64,000 nt of DNA from a virus (taxonomy: Duplodnaviria; Caudoviricetes): positions 1,533 to 65,532 of the IMG/VR virus record IMGVR_UViG_3300032323_001407; one strand, given 5' to 3'. The translations under genes were made by a program, and so were the position numbers. Below are positions 37,401 through 47,336 of the stretch, in pieces (the first letter of the stretch is position 1; every line of letters starts with the position of its first letter). Under the pieces are notes generated by a model. It did no database searches, was not told where the DNA came from, and worked only from the letters and a program-made list of their open reading frames with translations.

Positions 37401-40400
37401 TACCGAATATTGTGTCATTGCCTCTTCCTTCTTGATAGCCTAGCATAGACTCTGCTGTTTTGATCATTGCGTCTGCTGTTCCCATAGTGCCAACTTTTCC
37501 ACCATTTGCAAATCTGCCAGCGTTTAAGTTATCTAAGAAACCTGATCCAAATTGTCTTTCAGCTTTTTCAACTGAACTTGCTCTAATTACATACTCTCCA
37601 TTTGAAAGATAAGCTGGAATAGAATCAGATGTTCCTGTGCCTGGGCCTCTTACATCTCCACCTGGATTAAAGTGTTTAACTGCTCCTCCAGTGGCCATCT
37701 TAACTCTGGCACCCTTTGTTTTCTTCTGATCATCCCATGAATAAACTTCTGTTCCAGAATCATTGCTTATGTAGTCTTTCCCATTCCAGCTAAATCTATA
37801 CCATACAACATCATTAATGCTAACCATCTTTGAAGATCCAGAAGATCTTGCATTTTTAGCAGCCTCTATTGCATTTTTTCCTCTGCCTTGCTGAACTGTA
37901 TCTTTTCCAAATTCAACAGTACCCTTTGGTGTGGGTGCCTTGTAACCTCCTAGTGCTTTCACAAGGTCATCACGAAGTTTAGATAGGGTTACTCCTCCAG
38001 TAATTAAAATTGCTAGCTTGCTTACAGCTGCAACATCTTTATCAAACTGGGAAAGAGAATCATTGTTTACTGTTCTATTTTCTGAAAGAATAGGTCTTCC
38101 CTGTGCATCAAATCCAGTTGGAGATCCAGTAGTTACTTTTTCAGGAACTTTTGGCTTTCCGTCTGAATTAAAATATCCTGGGAATGCATTTCTTATTGTT
38201 TCTGCAAGCAGGCCTGGTCCAGTCCCAGCCTTTTGCATTTCTTTTAGGAAACTAATAAGCTGTCTCTTAATATCTGCTTCTTCTTCAACTCTATCTTTAC
38301 CTGAAAGAAGCTGTGCATTAACAGCTCTTGTACTAAGCTCGTTATACTTTGACTGAAATTTTTCAAGAGTGTCTTTTATATCAGCTGCTACTGCAGAGTC
38401 ATCTTGATTATTTTGGAAAACAGTATTCTTTTTATCTTGTGCGTCTTGTATTGCTTGTGCATCTTTTTCCAATGGTGCTTTTGCCTTATTAGCCGCATCT
38501 TCTATAGCCTTCTGGGCTAACTCTGATTGCCTATTTTGAGTAAGCTGATCTATATCAAGCTTTGCTTGATTTGCTGCAGCCATATCTCCACGAGAAACTG
38601 CATCTGCATATTTTATCTGTAGCTTTTGCAATTCTAATGCATAGTTTGAAGCATCTTGAGTTGCCCTTAAGGCTTCTAGCTTTTTATTTTTCTCTTCATC
38701 GATAAGTTTGATCTTTTTTGCAATTACTTTTAATTCTTCCTGTGCACTTCTTTGAGAAGCTGCATTTGCTCTTTGAGCTGCTGCAGAAGTTGCAGCAATT
38801 GTTTTTTGAAGTTTAGATAAAGCAGATCCAACAGTTGCGTATGTGGTAGCAGAATCAGCAGCTTGTGTTAGCTGGGAAATTCCTGTTCCGATTGCTGAAG
38901 TAAATCCAGCAAGTTTTGATGCTAGAGTAGAATCTATTTTGCTTAGATCAATATTTATTCCAGCAGTAAAAAGTTTCCACTTTGCAAGTATTCCCTTTAT
39001 AGTGTCTGATTCATTAATTATTCCTGCTAGCAAAGGTTGTGTTTTTTGAAGATTTAAGTATACGTCGCTACCTATTTCTTTATTCATGCCTGGGTTATTT
39101 GTTTCTGCTTTAGACATAACCATTTCATAAGCTTTAAACTCATCTATAACATTTCCAAGCTCATCTTTTGTTCCAACTAAAGATTTCGTTGCTTCAGAAA
39201 ATACACCTATTAGTCCTTCAAAACCGTTTCCTACCTCTTTATACCAATCAGCAGTTCCTGTTCCTTTGCTTAAGGTGTTTACCAAATTTCCAACAGAAAA
39301 TTCTGCCGCTGTAGCTTTATCTGTTATTGCTCCAAATTCTGTATTTGCAAGCAATTTGTATGCTTGAGAAGCTTTATTGCTATTTGCTAAAGCACCGTAT
39401 ATTTTTTTATTTGCTTCTTCAACGCTCATCCCAGCAGCAACCATTTGTGCTTTTTGATTATTAATTAATCTTTGTGTTTCTGCTGTTGTTTCTGATCTAT
39501 TCAAGGATTCAATTACATCTTTTAATTCTTTTCCTTCTTCTTTTGCCTTCTTAAGTTCCTCTATTGATTGAGGTAGTCCAGGCATACCAATTGAGTTTCC
39601 TTCTGCCCCCTTGGCTGCTGCGGTTGCTAATTTTTGTTTATCTATGTAGCCCTGCATGGTTTCTTTAAGATTAAAATACTTTATTCCAGCCTGCTCCGCA
39701 GCTTTAGCTGTCATAGAAAGTCCTATAGAGGCATCTTGCTGAGCATCCTTGTAATCTTTATAAAGTTTAAACGCTAAGCCTGCGGCACCGATTGCTGCTC
39801 CTATTAAGCCAAAGCCTTTAGCAAATCTTCCAATCATTGCTCCAAATCTTGCCATCTTGTTAAGACCAGTAGTTAATTCTTTTAATGCAGACCCTGCGGA
39901 TTTTATCCCTGCACCCATTCTACCAAATGGAAGCATTGGAAGTATTGAAGTAGCAGCCATAAGACCCATTCCAGCGGACGCTCCTGACACTTCTTTTCCT
40001 AGGATGTTAACTTTTTCTTTGCCCATCAATGCCATGCCGCCCATTGATCCAGCCATTCCAATTCCCATTTGAGAACCCATACTCATACCATTGTATCTTC
40101 CAGGAACAGAAATTCCAGCTGCTTTGGCTTGCGCCTTAGTCATTGAAACATCTCTACCACCAGTTGACTCATTGTTTACAAGATACTCTGTTCTTCTCAT
40201 GCCAATAGTTCCGACTTTTCTGGATTGAACTCCTTCTACACCAGTATCTTTATAGCCTCCAACAAATCCTGGTCCGAATAGTCCCTGCGATGGTGCTTGT
40301 CCAGCAGGATATCTAGCTGCAGCATAAGCATTTTGTTCTCTTATGATTGCGTTTTGCGCTCTTTTGGCAAAATTTAATGTTGATGTAGCAGCTGATCTTA

Positions 40401-43400
40401 CAGCACTGCTCATATTTGTAGCAGTATTCTTTATAGACTGAGTAATAACTCTTGCATTTATATCTATAGCTTTTGCTAGCTGCATAGAGTCTACCTTAAT
40501 TGAATTTCCCATAGATCTAAAAGCTGCTGATAAATATTGAGTTTTCATTGCTGCTGAATTTCTAAATGGGTCAAGCATGCTATTAACCATTACTTGTCCA
40601 GGGTTGTAGAAGCTTGTTGTTCCAGTTCTTACCGCTTCTCTACCTAAGCCGCTTGTTAAAGCCTGTTGACCAGTAATTTGACGAGATGAAGCCCTAGATC
40701 TTTCTGCTGCTAAATCTCTTTCTCTTTGTGCACGTTGTTCTGCTTCCCAATTAGCTCTTGCAGCAGGGTTTCCTGGTCTGCGTGATCCATCTTTTTTAGG
40801 ACCGTAAGCATATCTTCCTCGTCTGATTGGACCGCCACCAACTGGTCCTCCAGCATTAAGATATTTTGGATTAGCATGCACGGCATGATATTTACTCCAA
40901 TCAACCTCAATACCATCATCTAATCTTTTGAGCATTGCTTGATAAGGAGGTCTAAGATCTACAGGTAAATCATTTATTATTTTTAATAATTTTGGACGAG
41001 CATCTTCTAATATTTTCTTCATTCGTCGACCATATTTTTTTGGGCTCATCTTAGCAATTATTGGGGCAGTGTCACGTGCAAAATCTTTTCTTGCTCCACC
41101 TTTAACGGCAAGTAGATTAATCATTGCTTGCTTTTCCATAGAGTTCATTTCATGAGGTTCTGCAAGACGTGTATTACCAGATGCTTTAGGTAATACTCCA
41201 GCTTGCCCGACATCTGGATTGAAATTACCATACACGTTTGCCCTAGATAAATCTTTGTTGTTCAAAAGAAGAGAGTTAGCAAGCTGTCTAAGCACTGTAT
41301 CTTCATCCCATGGCACATTAGTGTTTGCAAAGCGTGGGTCGTAATCTGATTCTAAAGCAAGGAGCTTGGTTTTTTTTGATGGATCTACTGGATTTGCAAC
41401 TGTTCTAGCTGTTTGTACTGGAGAATGTATTCCAAAAAGATCTCTTGTAATTTGAGTGCCAATTGGCTCATGGACGGCAGTTAATTCATTAGGAACACCT
41501 TTAACAAAAACTTTTTTGTTACCGACCTTATACAATCCAGATACACCAGGTACAGGATAACTCATTCCTGTGCTTGCAGAAATTTGATGCCCATATTCAG
41601 TTACTGGCATATCGGCAAATTTACCTAGCGAGCCTCTCGAGCTTAATTCTCTTGCCTTTGCTAAAATCTTTAATTGTTTATCTGGTGCAAGCAATCTTAA
41701 TGCAGGAGCAATATTTCCATAATTTGATCTACCCTTAGATATGGATCCACCTGGAATCATTCCTCCCATATTGAATGCTCCTGCTACAAGCATTGGCCTT
41801 GGAGGTCTTCCAGCAAATATCCATCTTGATCTTTTTGCTGCTGCTTCTAAAAGCATACTTAAAGATTTTCTTTGATCTTTATTTGCCCGTACTACATTTC
41901 CAGATGCAATTTGAGCATTGCTCTTAAATAATCCGTCATCTTGCAACGCTGTGTATATATCATCTACACTTGCAAATTTATCTAGACCTGTTTTCTTTAA
42001 TGCCATAGCAAGGTTTTCTTTTGCATCTTCTGAACTTAAATTTAAAATATCTCTTGATAAGCCTATGGTTTCAAGTGTGCTCATTACATTATTGATACCA
42101 GCAGGTAATACAGCACCAACCCCCATATAACCACTAGTTGTATATCCAACTAAATCTTTGCGTCTAAAATGTGCTTTATCGTGCAATCCTTGAATAGATG
42201 GGGATCCATCAGCATTTGCAAATGTTGTTGGAGCAATTGCTTCTATAAGATCACGTACTCCAGCAAATCTTTTATCACTTAGCATCGCTTCTCTAACGCC
42301 ATTTAATTGATAATTTAAAGCTTTGCTACCACTTCTTGGATATACTGTTTCTCCATCTGAATTTTTAACACCAGCCGCATCTTTAACACGGGGAACCATT
42401 CCATCTCTTTCTAGCCCCTGCACCTGCTTGATTCTTATTTTTACAAAATTTTCATCGCTTCCGCCAGCTTGAGCTTTAGCTTTATCAAAATTGCTTGTTG
42501 CAATACTTATAGCTTTATGAATTGGCAAGTTTTTATGGTTAGCCAATTCAGCTGCATCAAGCATAATCATTCTTACTCTTATATCATCTTCGTATCTTGG
42601 ATTATTAATAAACTTTAGATACTCTCTATACTGTCTCTTAAAGTTTTCTTCTTTCATTCTAGCCTTAGCAGACTTAGACATTTTTTTACCATATGAATTA
42701 ATGCCACGCATGATCTGCCCGCCAAAACTATATCCACTATTTGCTGCATCTACTGCTGCATATAGCTCAGGCATTCTTTGAATTTCAGGACCAAAAACTA
42801 CTTCCCTTGGAGTAAGCGCTGCAGTAATATTTCCGCCATCATTTAAATAAGTGCTTGGAGCCATTGCAACTAATGCAGCATTTGCTGGATCCATTGAAGC
42901 TTGCTGATTTAAAACATACCCGCCGAGTGGAACGCTTCCTAGTCTATCGTCGTAATTAATTGAAGATGGACCAGAAACCGTAGTCTTGCTTGGGCCAAAT
43001 GACTCGATGTCTCCACCAATATTAAACTTAGGCATTCTTGTTGTTTGAATACTATATGGAGCTCCAAATGTTCTAACCCCACGAAGTCTGCCGAACTCTT
43101 CCATAACAGAAGCATTTGTTTTTTTCTTATATAGATCTCTAAGAGTAAACTGCCCATTTGCATCAACAACTGGCTGATCCATCATTGGAGCTCTTGTTAA
43201 ATCAATTGTTCTACCTCGTCCAGCAGCATACATACTTATTGCTGAACCCATATCTGTCTCTATCTGTGCATTAAGAGCAAGTATTCTTGCCTTTGCTTGA
43301 TCAACAGTTATTTCTGCATTTCTCATTTGCTGAACAATTAGTGCAGATTGAGTTGCTGCGCTATCTGCAAATCTTTGAGTTATTGGAAGAATGTCGTCGA

Positions 43401-45726
43401 ATGTATCTAAAAGCTCTCTACTTACTGTTCCACCCATTGCAATTGTTTTCTTTAGATTTGCAACTTCTTGCTCTGTTTGCATTCCTAGAGTTGCCATCAA
43501 CGCATGGAATTTTGCAGCCTCTGGCGCAACAATTCCTGTTGATATTCCCTTTACACTTGTTAGCCCTTCAACATTCGGAAGTCTATCGTGCATATAAATT
43601 TGAGGGGTTCTAGATATTCCTCTATTTACTGGTATAGCTCCTGGCACACCACCAAACAAGGTGGCTGGGTTATTAGGATCTCTTGGTCTAATGTGAGACA
43701 TTGCTCTAGTATTAAGATCTCCAACATATGGATCGTTAGGGTCAACTACTCTTCTTCCATGAGCAGGAGCAACAATTGCATTTCCAGCAACAGTAGAGAC
43801 TCCTGCGTTTACTGGAACTGCGCTCTTCATTGATGCTGCTTGAAGGTTTTGATAATCTAAAACAAGTTTTTGTAATGCATTATGAAGAACTTGAGCTGCA
43901 GCGGCATCTGAATAAAATGCATTCTCAACCATTTCTGCTGCTTTTTGAGCAGCAATAATTTCTGGAGTAAGCATCTTCCATCCATTTGCTCTCATAAAGA
44001 AAGATCTAAGCTGGACTATTCCCTTTGTTATATAACCAAAGAAGTTAGCAAGTACACCAGTTAGCATAATTAGTGGACCAACTAATGCTGTAAATCCTGC
44101 CATAAATGTGAGAGCTTTTTTAATTGGTGTTGGCAACTCAGTAAAGAAGTTTAGAATTTTTGATGCTGCATTTATAAGCTTTGTTGCTACTCCAAGAAAC
44201 TCTTCTCCAACGCTTGCAAGCTCTGCTTTAAGGCTTTCCATTGCCTTTCTATATTTACCAGATGCAGACTCTGTAATCATTCCTAATTCTCGCTCTGCAA
44301 TTCCCGCCAAATCTGAGGTACTTGCTTTCATTAAATCCATAACCTGAAGCGTCTGGCTTCCTTCTTTTCCAAGGTTGTTTAGGAGTGCGCTCATTCTTGC
44401 AAACTGGAACTTACCAAACATTTGCTCTAGAGCTCTGGCTTTGCTAAGTGGATCTAATTTATTTAAAGCTGTTTGTAAATCTGTAAGCATTCCAGTTGTG
44501 TTTCCAGTATTTTTTGCAACCATACCCAGAACATCTATGCCAAAATCAGACATCATGCCAACTGTTTGCTTTGTTGGATTAATAAGAGAAGCTAAACCTG
44601 ACTTTAATGCGTTTGCACCTTCAGATGCGTTAATTCCACCCTCTCTCATTGCAGTCATGTAAAGAGCTAAATCTTCAATGCTGCCTCCGAGTTGCTGTAT
44701 AACTGGACCAGCTTTTGGAATTGCTTCTACTAAATCGTTAAGTGTTGTAGAAGTCTGGTTTTCAACTGCGTTAAGAAAGTTAATTGATTCTGTAAGTTGC
44801 TGTGTGTTTTGCTTAAAAGCTGTTTGAATTGAAAGAGTAGCTTTCATTGCATCTTGTCTATCTACTTCTCCAAGAATTGCAAGTCTGGTTGTTTCTTCTA
44901 TAGAGCCTAAAAGGTCGTTGCCCATCTTTCCAGTTGCCGCAATATCAGCACCTAGTGCAATTGTATCTTTAAAAGAAGCTCCCATTGTTTGAGATAAAGA
45001 TTTTGCTGTTTGCACAACTTCTTCTCTAATTGCTTTCAAGTCTGTTGCAGAAGTTGCAGCTAGTCCACCGTAAACCTTTGTAAGTCTTACAAGCTCTTGA
45101 TCTGCTTCTCTAAATGCTTTTCCTGCTGCAGCACCAAACATTGTTAATGGAACTGTAAGTCCAACTGTAAGCTGACGACCTGCCCACTGGGTGTTTTTAC
45201 CCCAGTTAATTAAAGATCCTGCTCCTTCAGATAGTGCACGATTCATTATCTGAAGTTCCATGCGAGCTAGCTGTGCACTATTTTTTACAGCGTCTAATCC
45301 TCTTGGGATCATAACGTTGTACTGCATTAATCCTTGAGCATTTCTACCTAAAGGCTGGAGCACTGAGTTTTGAAGCATTACCTGCTCTTTGGCAAGCTCC
45401 CTTATCATTCCCTTTTGAGTTGTAGCGTGTTCTCTGAATGTCTGGAAGTAATTCTTAAGCTTTAATCTACCAGAGTCTAGGTTTTTACCAAACTTATCTA
45501 CATCTGAATTAAGGTTTACAAAGTGACTAGAAAACTGTCCGCTTCCAGTTAGTGTATCTCTAAATAAGTTATTTGCTAATTTTGTTGAAGCAGATATGGC
45601 TCTATTAGATGCAAGAAGTTCTCTTTGTAATTGTTGGAGACTAGAACTAGCCCTGTGTACTTCAGACACAAGGCTAGATAAGTCGGCTTTGGCGACTATA
45701 CTGGTTACAATTTGTTCGTCAGCCAC
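34402..45726 (-). CDS. Tape measure protein with kinase-like, CHAP, LysM and GNAT-like modules
   Basis: N-terminal helical TMP domain following the tail chaperones; GPGTGTSDSIPAYLSNGEYVI motif; CHAP WCGAF...HVGLV...EGNT; LysM YTVNRGDTLSSIAAKYG. Confidence 0.9.
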   Translation of the reverse strand: MADEQIVTSIVAKADLSSLVSEVHRASSSLQQLQRELLASNRAISASTKLANNLFRDTLTGSGQFSSHFVNLNSDVDKFGKNLDSGRLKLKNYFQTFREHATTQKGMIRELAKEQVMLQNSVLQPLGRNAQGLMQYNVMIPRGLDAVKNSAQLARMELQIMNRALSEGAGSLINWGKNTQWAGRQLTVGLTVPLTMFGAAAGKAFREADQELVRLTKVYGGLAATSATDLKAIREEVVQTAKSLSQTMGASFKDTIALGADIAATGKMGNDLLGSIEETTRLAILGEVDRQDAMKATLSIQTAFKQNTQQLTESINFLNAVENQTSTTLNDLVEAIPKAGPVIQQLGGSIEDLALYMTAMREGGINASEGANALKSGLASLINPTKQTVGMMSDFGIDVLGMVAKNTGNTTGMLTDLQTALNKLDPLSKARALEQMFGKFQFARMSALLNNLGKEGSQTLQVMDLMKASTSDLAGIAERELGMITESASGKYRKAMESLKAELASVGEEFLGVATKLINAASKILNFFTELPTPIKKALTFMAGFTALVGPLIMLTGVLANFFGYITKGIVQLRSFFMRANGWKMLTPEIIAAQKAAEMVENAFYSDAAAAQVLHNALQKLVLDYQNLQAASMKSAVPVNAGVSTVAGNAIVAPAHGRRVVDPNDPYVGDLNTRAMSHIRPRDPNNPATLFGGVPGAIPVNRGISRTPQIYMHDRLPNVEGLTSVKGISTGIVAPEAAKFHALMATLGMQTEQEVANLKKTIAMGGTVSRELLDTFDDILPITQRFADSAATQSALIVQQMRNAEITVDQAKARILALNAQIETDMGSAISMYAAGRGRTIDLTRAPMMDQPVVDANGQFTLRDLYKKKTNASVMEEFGRLRGVRTFGAPYSIQTTRMPKFNIGGDIESFGPSKTTVSGPSSINYDDRLGSVPLGGYVLNQQASMDPANAALVAMAPSTYLNDGGNITAALTPREVVFGPEIQRMPELYAAVDAANSGYSFGGQIMRGINSYGKKMSKSAKARMKEENFKRQYREYLKFINNPRYEDDIRVRMIMLDAAELANHKNLPIHKAISIATSNFDKAKAQAGGSDENFVKIRIKQVQGLERDGMVPRVKDAAGVKNSDGETVYPRSGSKALNYQLNGVREAMLSDKRFAGVRDLIEAIAPTTFANADGSPSIQGLHDKAHFRRKDLVGYTTSGYMGVGAVLPAGINNVMSTLETIGLSRDILNLSSEDAKENLAMALKKTGLDKFASVDDIYTALQDDGLFKSNAQIASGNVVRANKDQRKSLSMLLEAAAKRSRWIFAGRPPRPMLVAGAFNMGGMIPGGSISKGRSNYGNIAPALRLLAPDKQLKILAKARELSSRGSLGKFADMPVTEYGHQISASTGMSYPVPGVSGLYKVGNKKVFVKGVPNELTAVHEPIGTQITRDLFGIHSPVQTARTVANPVDPSKKTKLLALESDYDPRFANTNVPWDEDTVLRQLANSLLLNNKDLSRANVYGNFNPDVGQAGVLPKASGNTRLAEPHEMNSMEKQAMINLLAVKGGARKDFARDTAPIIAKMSPKKYGRRMKKILEDARPKLLKIINDLPVDLRPPYQAMLKRLDDGIEVDWSKYHAVHANPKYLNAGGPVGGGPIRRGRYAYGPKKDGSRRPGNPAARANWEAEQRAQRERDLAAERSRASSRQITGQQALTSGLGREAVRTGTTSFYNPGQVMVNSMLDPFRNSAAMKTQYLSAAFRSMGNSIKVDSMQLAKAIDINARVITQSIKNTATNMSSAVRSAATSTLNFAKRAQNAIIREQNAYAAARYPAGQAPSQGLFGPGFVGGYKDTGVEGVQSRKVGTIGMRRTEYLVNNESTGGRDVSMTKAQAKAAGISVPGRYNGMSMGSQMGIGMAGSMGGMALMGKEKVNILGKEVSGASAGMGLMAATSILPMLPFGRMGAGIKSAGSALKELTTGLNKMARFGAMIGRFAKGFGLIGAAIGAAGLAFKLYKDYKDAQQDASIGLSMTAKAAEQAGIKYFNLKETMQGYIDKQKLATAAAKGAEGNSIGMPGLPQSIEELKKAKEEGKELKDVIESLNRSETTAETQRLINNQKAQMVAAGMSVEEANKKIYGALANSNKASQAYKLLANTEFGAITDKATAAEFSVGNLVNTLSKGTGTADWYKEVGNGFEGLIGVFSEATKSLVGTKDELGNVIDEFKAYEMVMSKAETNNPGMNKEIGSDVYLNLQKTQPLLAGIINESDTIKGILAKWKLFTAGINIDLSKIDSTLASKLAGFTSAIGTGISQLTQAADSATTYATVGSALSKLQKTIAATSAAAQRANAASQRSAQEELKVIAKKIKLIDEEKNKKLEALRATQDASNYALELQKLQIKYADAVSRGDMAAANQAKLDIDQLTQNRQSELAQKAIEDAANKAKAPLEKDAQAIQDAQDKKNTVFQNNQDDSAVAADIKDTLEKFQSKYNELSTRAVNAQLLSGKDRVEEEADIKRQLISFLKEMQKAGTGPGLLAETIRNAFPGYFNSDGKPKVPEKVTTGSPTGFDAQGRPILSENRTVNNDSLSQFDKDVAAVSKLAILITGGVTLSKLRDDLVKALGGYKAPTPKGTVEFGKDTVQQGRGKNAIEAAKNARSSGSSKMVSINDVVWYRFSWNGKDYISNDSGTEVYSWDDQKKTKGARVKMATGGAVKHFNPGGDVRGPGTGTSDSIPAYLSNGEYVIRASSVEKAERQFGSGFLDNLNAGRFANGGKVGTMGTADAMIKTAESMLGYQEGRGNDTIFGSFAQKAYDLKTRFIAWCGAFINWAAKKSGVDLSSMIWTPGGAQSFMKSGKWTTMNPRRGDLAFMDFPGDGVNRISHVGLVRNVLGKSSVSTIEGNTSGSGSQRSGGAVLRKVRQYNLKNAPIVGFGRPSYKPVDNIKYGYGTQEYYSADDAKSDYENERYTVNRGDTLSSIAAKYGITVKQLMEMNPQLKDPKYMGGSRIFAGTKVSIKKFAEGGKVVNSLTNSGNWISGPITVPRQKKPGVPYSRSGKPIGNPFGQYWGELSRFIGPRSPGMDIWGGTEIPGLNFSGDVPQHSDYMHQMAEQPRKPFASPGMGIDRDPIRLAGSGASMGGIGNGAYGLGPLMFHAGGPVGHTHSSAPHDLGMRSFGLSRKQTEAEKMRLQLTPLKAENQKQKAKENKNLSYYESKIDDPINNYSEGFGKVFTRSPFGILAPLTSLASDLLGVYFQGKTPTFGKDGIGKALNPTSYESDVSSLMKAMIHPFGEIAKGSATKGDWANAGLNFVPGVGALKGVNTLRARSAAYNLINKATLDLPTEARVSLIPNATLRSNFVALKKADKVDTPEFAKARYELALSDAIRAARRNNFTSLPDLKNTTAANLIEENKNLPKIIEESIKVNGKDYIFRFEKADILPTDAKYIDKFIEGLKEGRVTSEGFGAGGMHQVEILDPVTKKQMSWINYDPVTGHISYRGTHPEYRWLHLSEALYNKAVSITRIKHSPTLTDMGRPSALRIGGFMADDPYYGATSITGIKSYLDTLMKLKKSKKAKPSTGEPRKGIGSWENNHETEAVSSATPTPRYPYDEFNDPNSIIGQQQDRLTWYNDELRNALRPETVRWIESMGRTSENFPYGPGGYIEPAALPELQRIIALENAIRAGKTDIPDHIRYAQVAAQGWMPTGMAAGGLVQNFSNSSLKNLGLPMFENGINMVPANMLAMLHKNEAVIPANMNPFNPNATAAASGSVYNINVELNGTNVTAKDVALEIRNEMRLKEMAAGVNRKVGS

Positions 45727-46103
45727 TAATTACTCCTAGAGTATCCTAACCCTGCGCCAATTCCAAATCCAGCTTTCGCTGCAAAGGGCCCTTGTAAAGC
45801 AACAACATCATCTGCTGATGCATTTATTCCAAGCGCTCTTCTTTGGATATCTTCAAAGGTAGAACCTTTTTCTTTTTCTTCTACACCATCATCTAATTGT
45901 ATTCCTTTTAGTGACGCTGCAAACTTTCTTTGGTTATGCTCTTTCTCATTCATCGCTGTTATGGTTTGAACCAATTCTGGCATTGATAAATTTTCTTCTA
46001 GTTCCTCATAATTCTTCCAGTGACCCAGAAGAAAAACTTGGCCTTCTAAAGCGGCTAAATCTAGTTCTGACCAGCCAGTACCGCTGCCGCTATTAGGTTT
46101 GGG
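45726..46103 (-). CDS. Tail assembly chaperone, C-terminal part reached by -1 frameshift
   Basis: The -1 frame stays open from CCCAAAC through GWSELDLAALEGQVFLLGHWKNYEELEENLS into the 45726..45983 ORF. Confidence 0.8.
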   Translation of the reverse strand, partial: PKPNSGSGTGWSELDLAALEGQVFLLGHWKNYEELEENLSMPELVQTITAMNEKEHNQRKFAASLKGIQLDDGVEEKEKGSTFEDIQRRALGINASADDVVALQGPFAAKAGFGIGAGLGYSRSN

Positions 46104-46393
46104 TCGTCCATCTTAATTCCTCCGCAAACTTCAAGGATTCTATTAATTGTTGGAACATCCAATGCATCTTCTAGCTTGTCAAGGTCTGCAACTAGATCTG
46201 GAAGCTGTGTTTCTAATGCTACTCCGCATGCTTCAACTAAAATTCCAAGTGTCGCTGTTTCATCTTCTGCATCTTGAACTTTCTTAATTACTTCCATAAA
46301 CTTTCGTAGCTGCTTGATTGATAATGGCTTGAGCTTTACTTTAGCTCCGCTTTGTAGTTCAATCTCTTCTACATCATATACTGTTGTTGCCAA
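46061..46393 (-). CDS. Tail assembly chaperone (gpG-like)
   Basis: Between major tail and tape measure; AGGAGG RBS with TTG start. Confidence 0.8.
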   Translation of the reverse strand: MATTVYDVEEIELQSGAKVKLKPLSIKQLRKFMEVIKKVQDAEDETATLGILVEACGVALETQLPDLVADLDKLEDALDVPTINRILEVCGGIKMDDPNLIAAAVLAGQN

Positions 46394-46453
46394 TTTATCC
46401 TCCTTAAGGATCGTCTAAATTATTATAGCATAACCATTATACGGATACAAGAA

Positions 46454-46481
46454 CAAAGCCCCCAATTTCTTGGGGGCTTTG
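46454..46481 (-). terminator. Rho-independent terminator after the major tail gene
   Basis: CAAAGCCCCCAA / TTGGGGGCTTTG hairpin. Confidence 0.75.
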
Positions 46482-46500
46482 ATATTAATTATTAATATAA

Positions 46501-47262
46501 TTAAATTGATAGAACGCGGTCAATAATCTTACCGTATTCTGAACCAGCGTGAGCTGAGTCACCTGATGGTAGAAGACGGAATGTTACTGGGAATGTTGTT
46601 GCTGCTGTACGAGCCAAAGAGAACTGTGACTGTTCAACAGACAAAACGCGACGTGCATAATATACACGCTCAGTTGCTGATGCTTCTGAAGTTGGAGCCT
46701 GTCCAACTGCAATTAGCTGACGCTCTGTTGGAGCTGCACCTAGTGCACCTGCTTCCAAACCTAGTGTGTCAACTGCTGTTGAACCAGTTCCTGTTGATGT
46801 AAGTGTTGATCCCTTTTGACCAAATACTGCAAGAACGTTCTCTAGAGTACCTTCTGCCATTTCTGTTGAGATTTGAACCATCATCGCAGACTTGAACAGC
46901 TTAGCTGTATCTAGCAACTGGTCAACAGTTACTGAGTCAAATGTTGGCTGGTAGCTGATCTGAAGACCGTTATTTGTGTAACCTACGTTGCGGTAAGCTC
47001 CACCGATTGCTGGTGTTGATTCTGAAGGTGTTGCTGTTTGAGTAGCACCTGTTGTTGTTAAAACTTTATTTAGTGTTGTAGTGTAAGACTCTCCTGATGA
47101 GAATGCTGGTACAAAACGGTTCTTTGATGCAACAAAAGCGTTTGCTTCGCCTGCATCCATGCTTGAATCGTAACCAGATACTGTTGAATCTTCTACTGAC
47201 AAGAATAGCGGTGATGCACCAACAAGAATGTTTCTTGCGTCACCTGTATTTTGATATGCCAT
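46501..47262 (-). CDS. Major tail protein
   Basis: NILVGA...VGYTNNGL...VDQLLD...FPVTFRLLP; flanked by a promoter and a terminator. Confidence 0.82.
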   Translation of the reverse strand: MAYQNTGDARNILVGASPLFLSVEDSTVSGYDSSMDAGEANAFVASKNRFVPAFSSGESYTTTLNKVLTTTGATQTATPSESTPAIGGAYRNVGYTNNGLQISYQPTFDSVTVDQLLDTAKLFKSAMMVQISTEMAEGTLENVLAVFGQKGSTLTSTGTGSTAVDTLGLEAGALGAAPTERQLIAVGQAPTSEASATERVYYARRVLSVEQSQFSLARTAATTFPVTFRLLPSGDSAHAGSEYGKIIDRVLSI

Positions 47263-47336
47263 AATTGTATTGCCTCCTGATTTCATATGAAATTAATATA
47301 TATATTTTGGCTGGCTAGGCCCTTTCCTCTGTTCTA

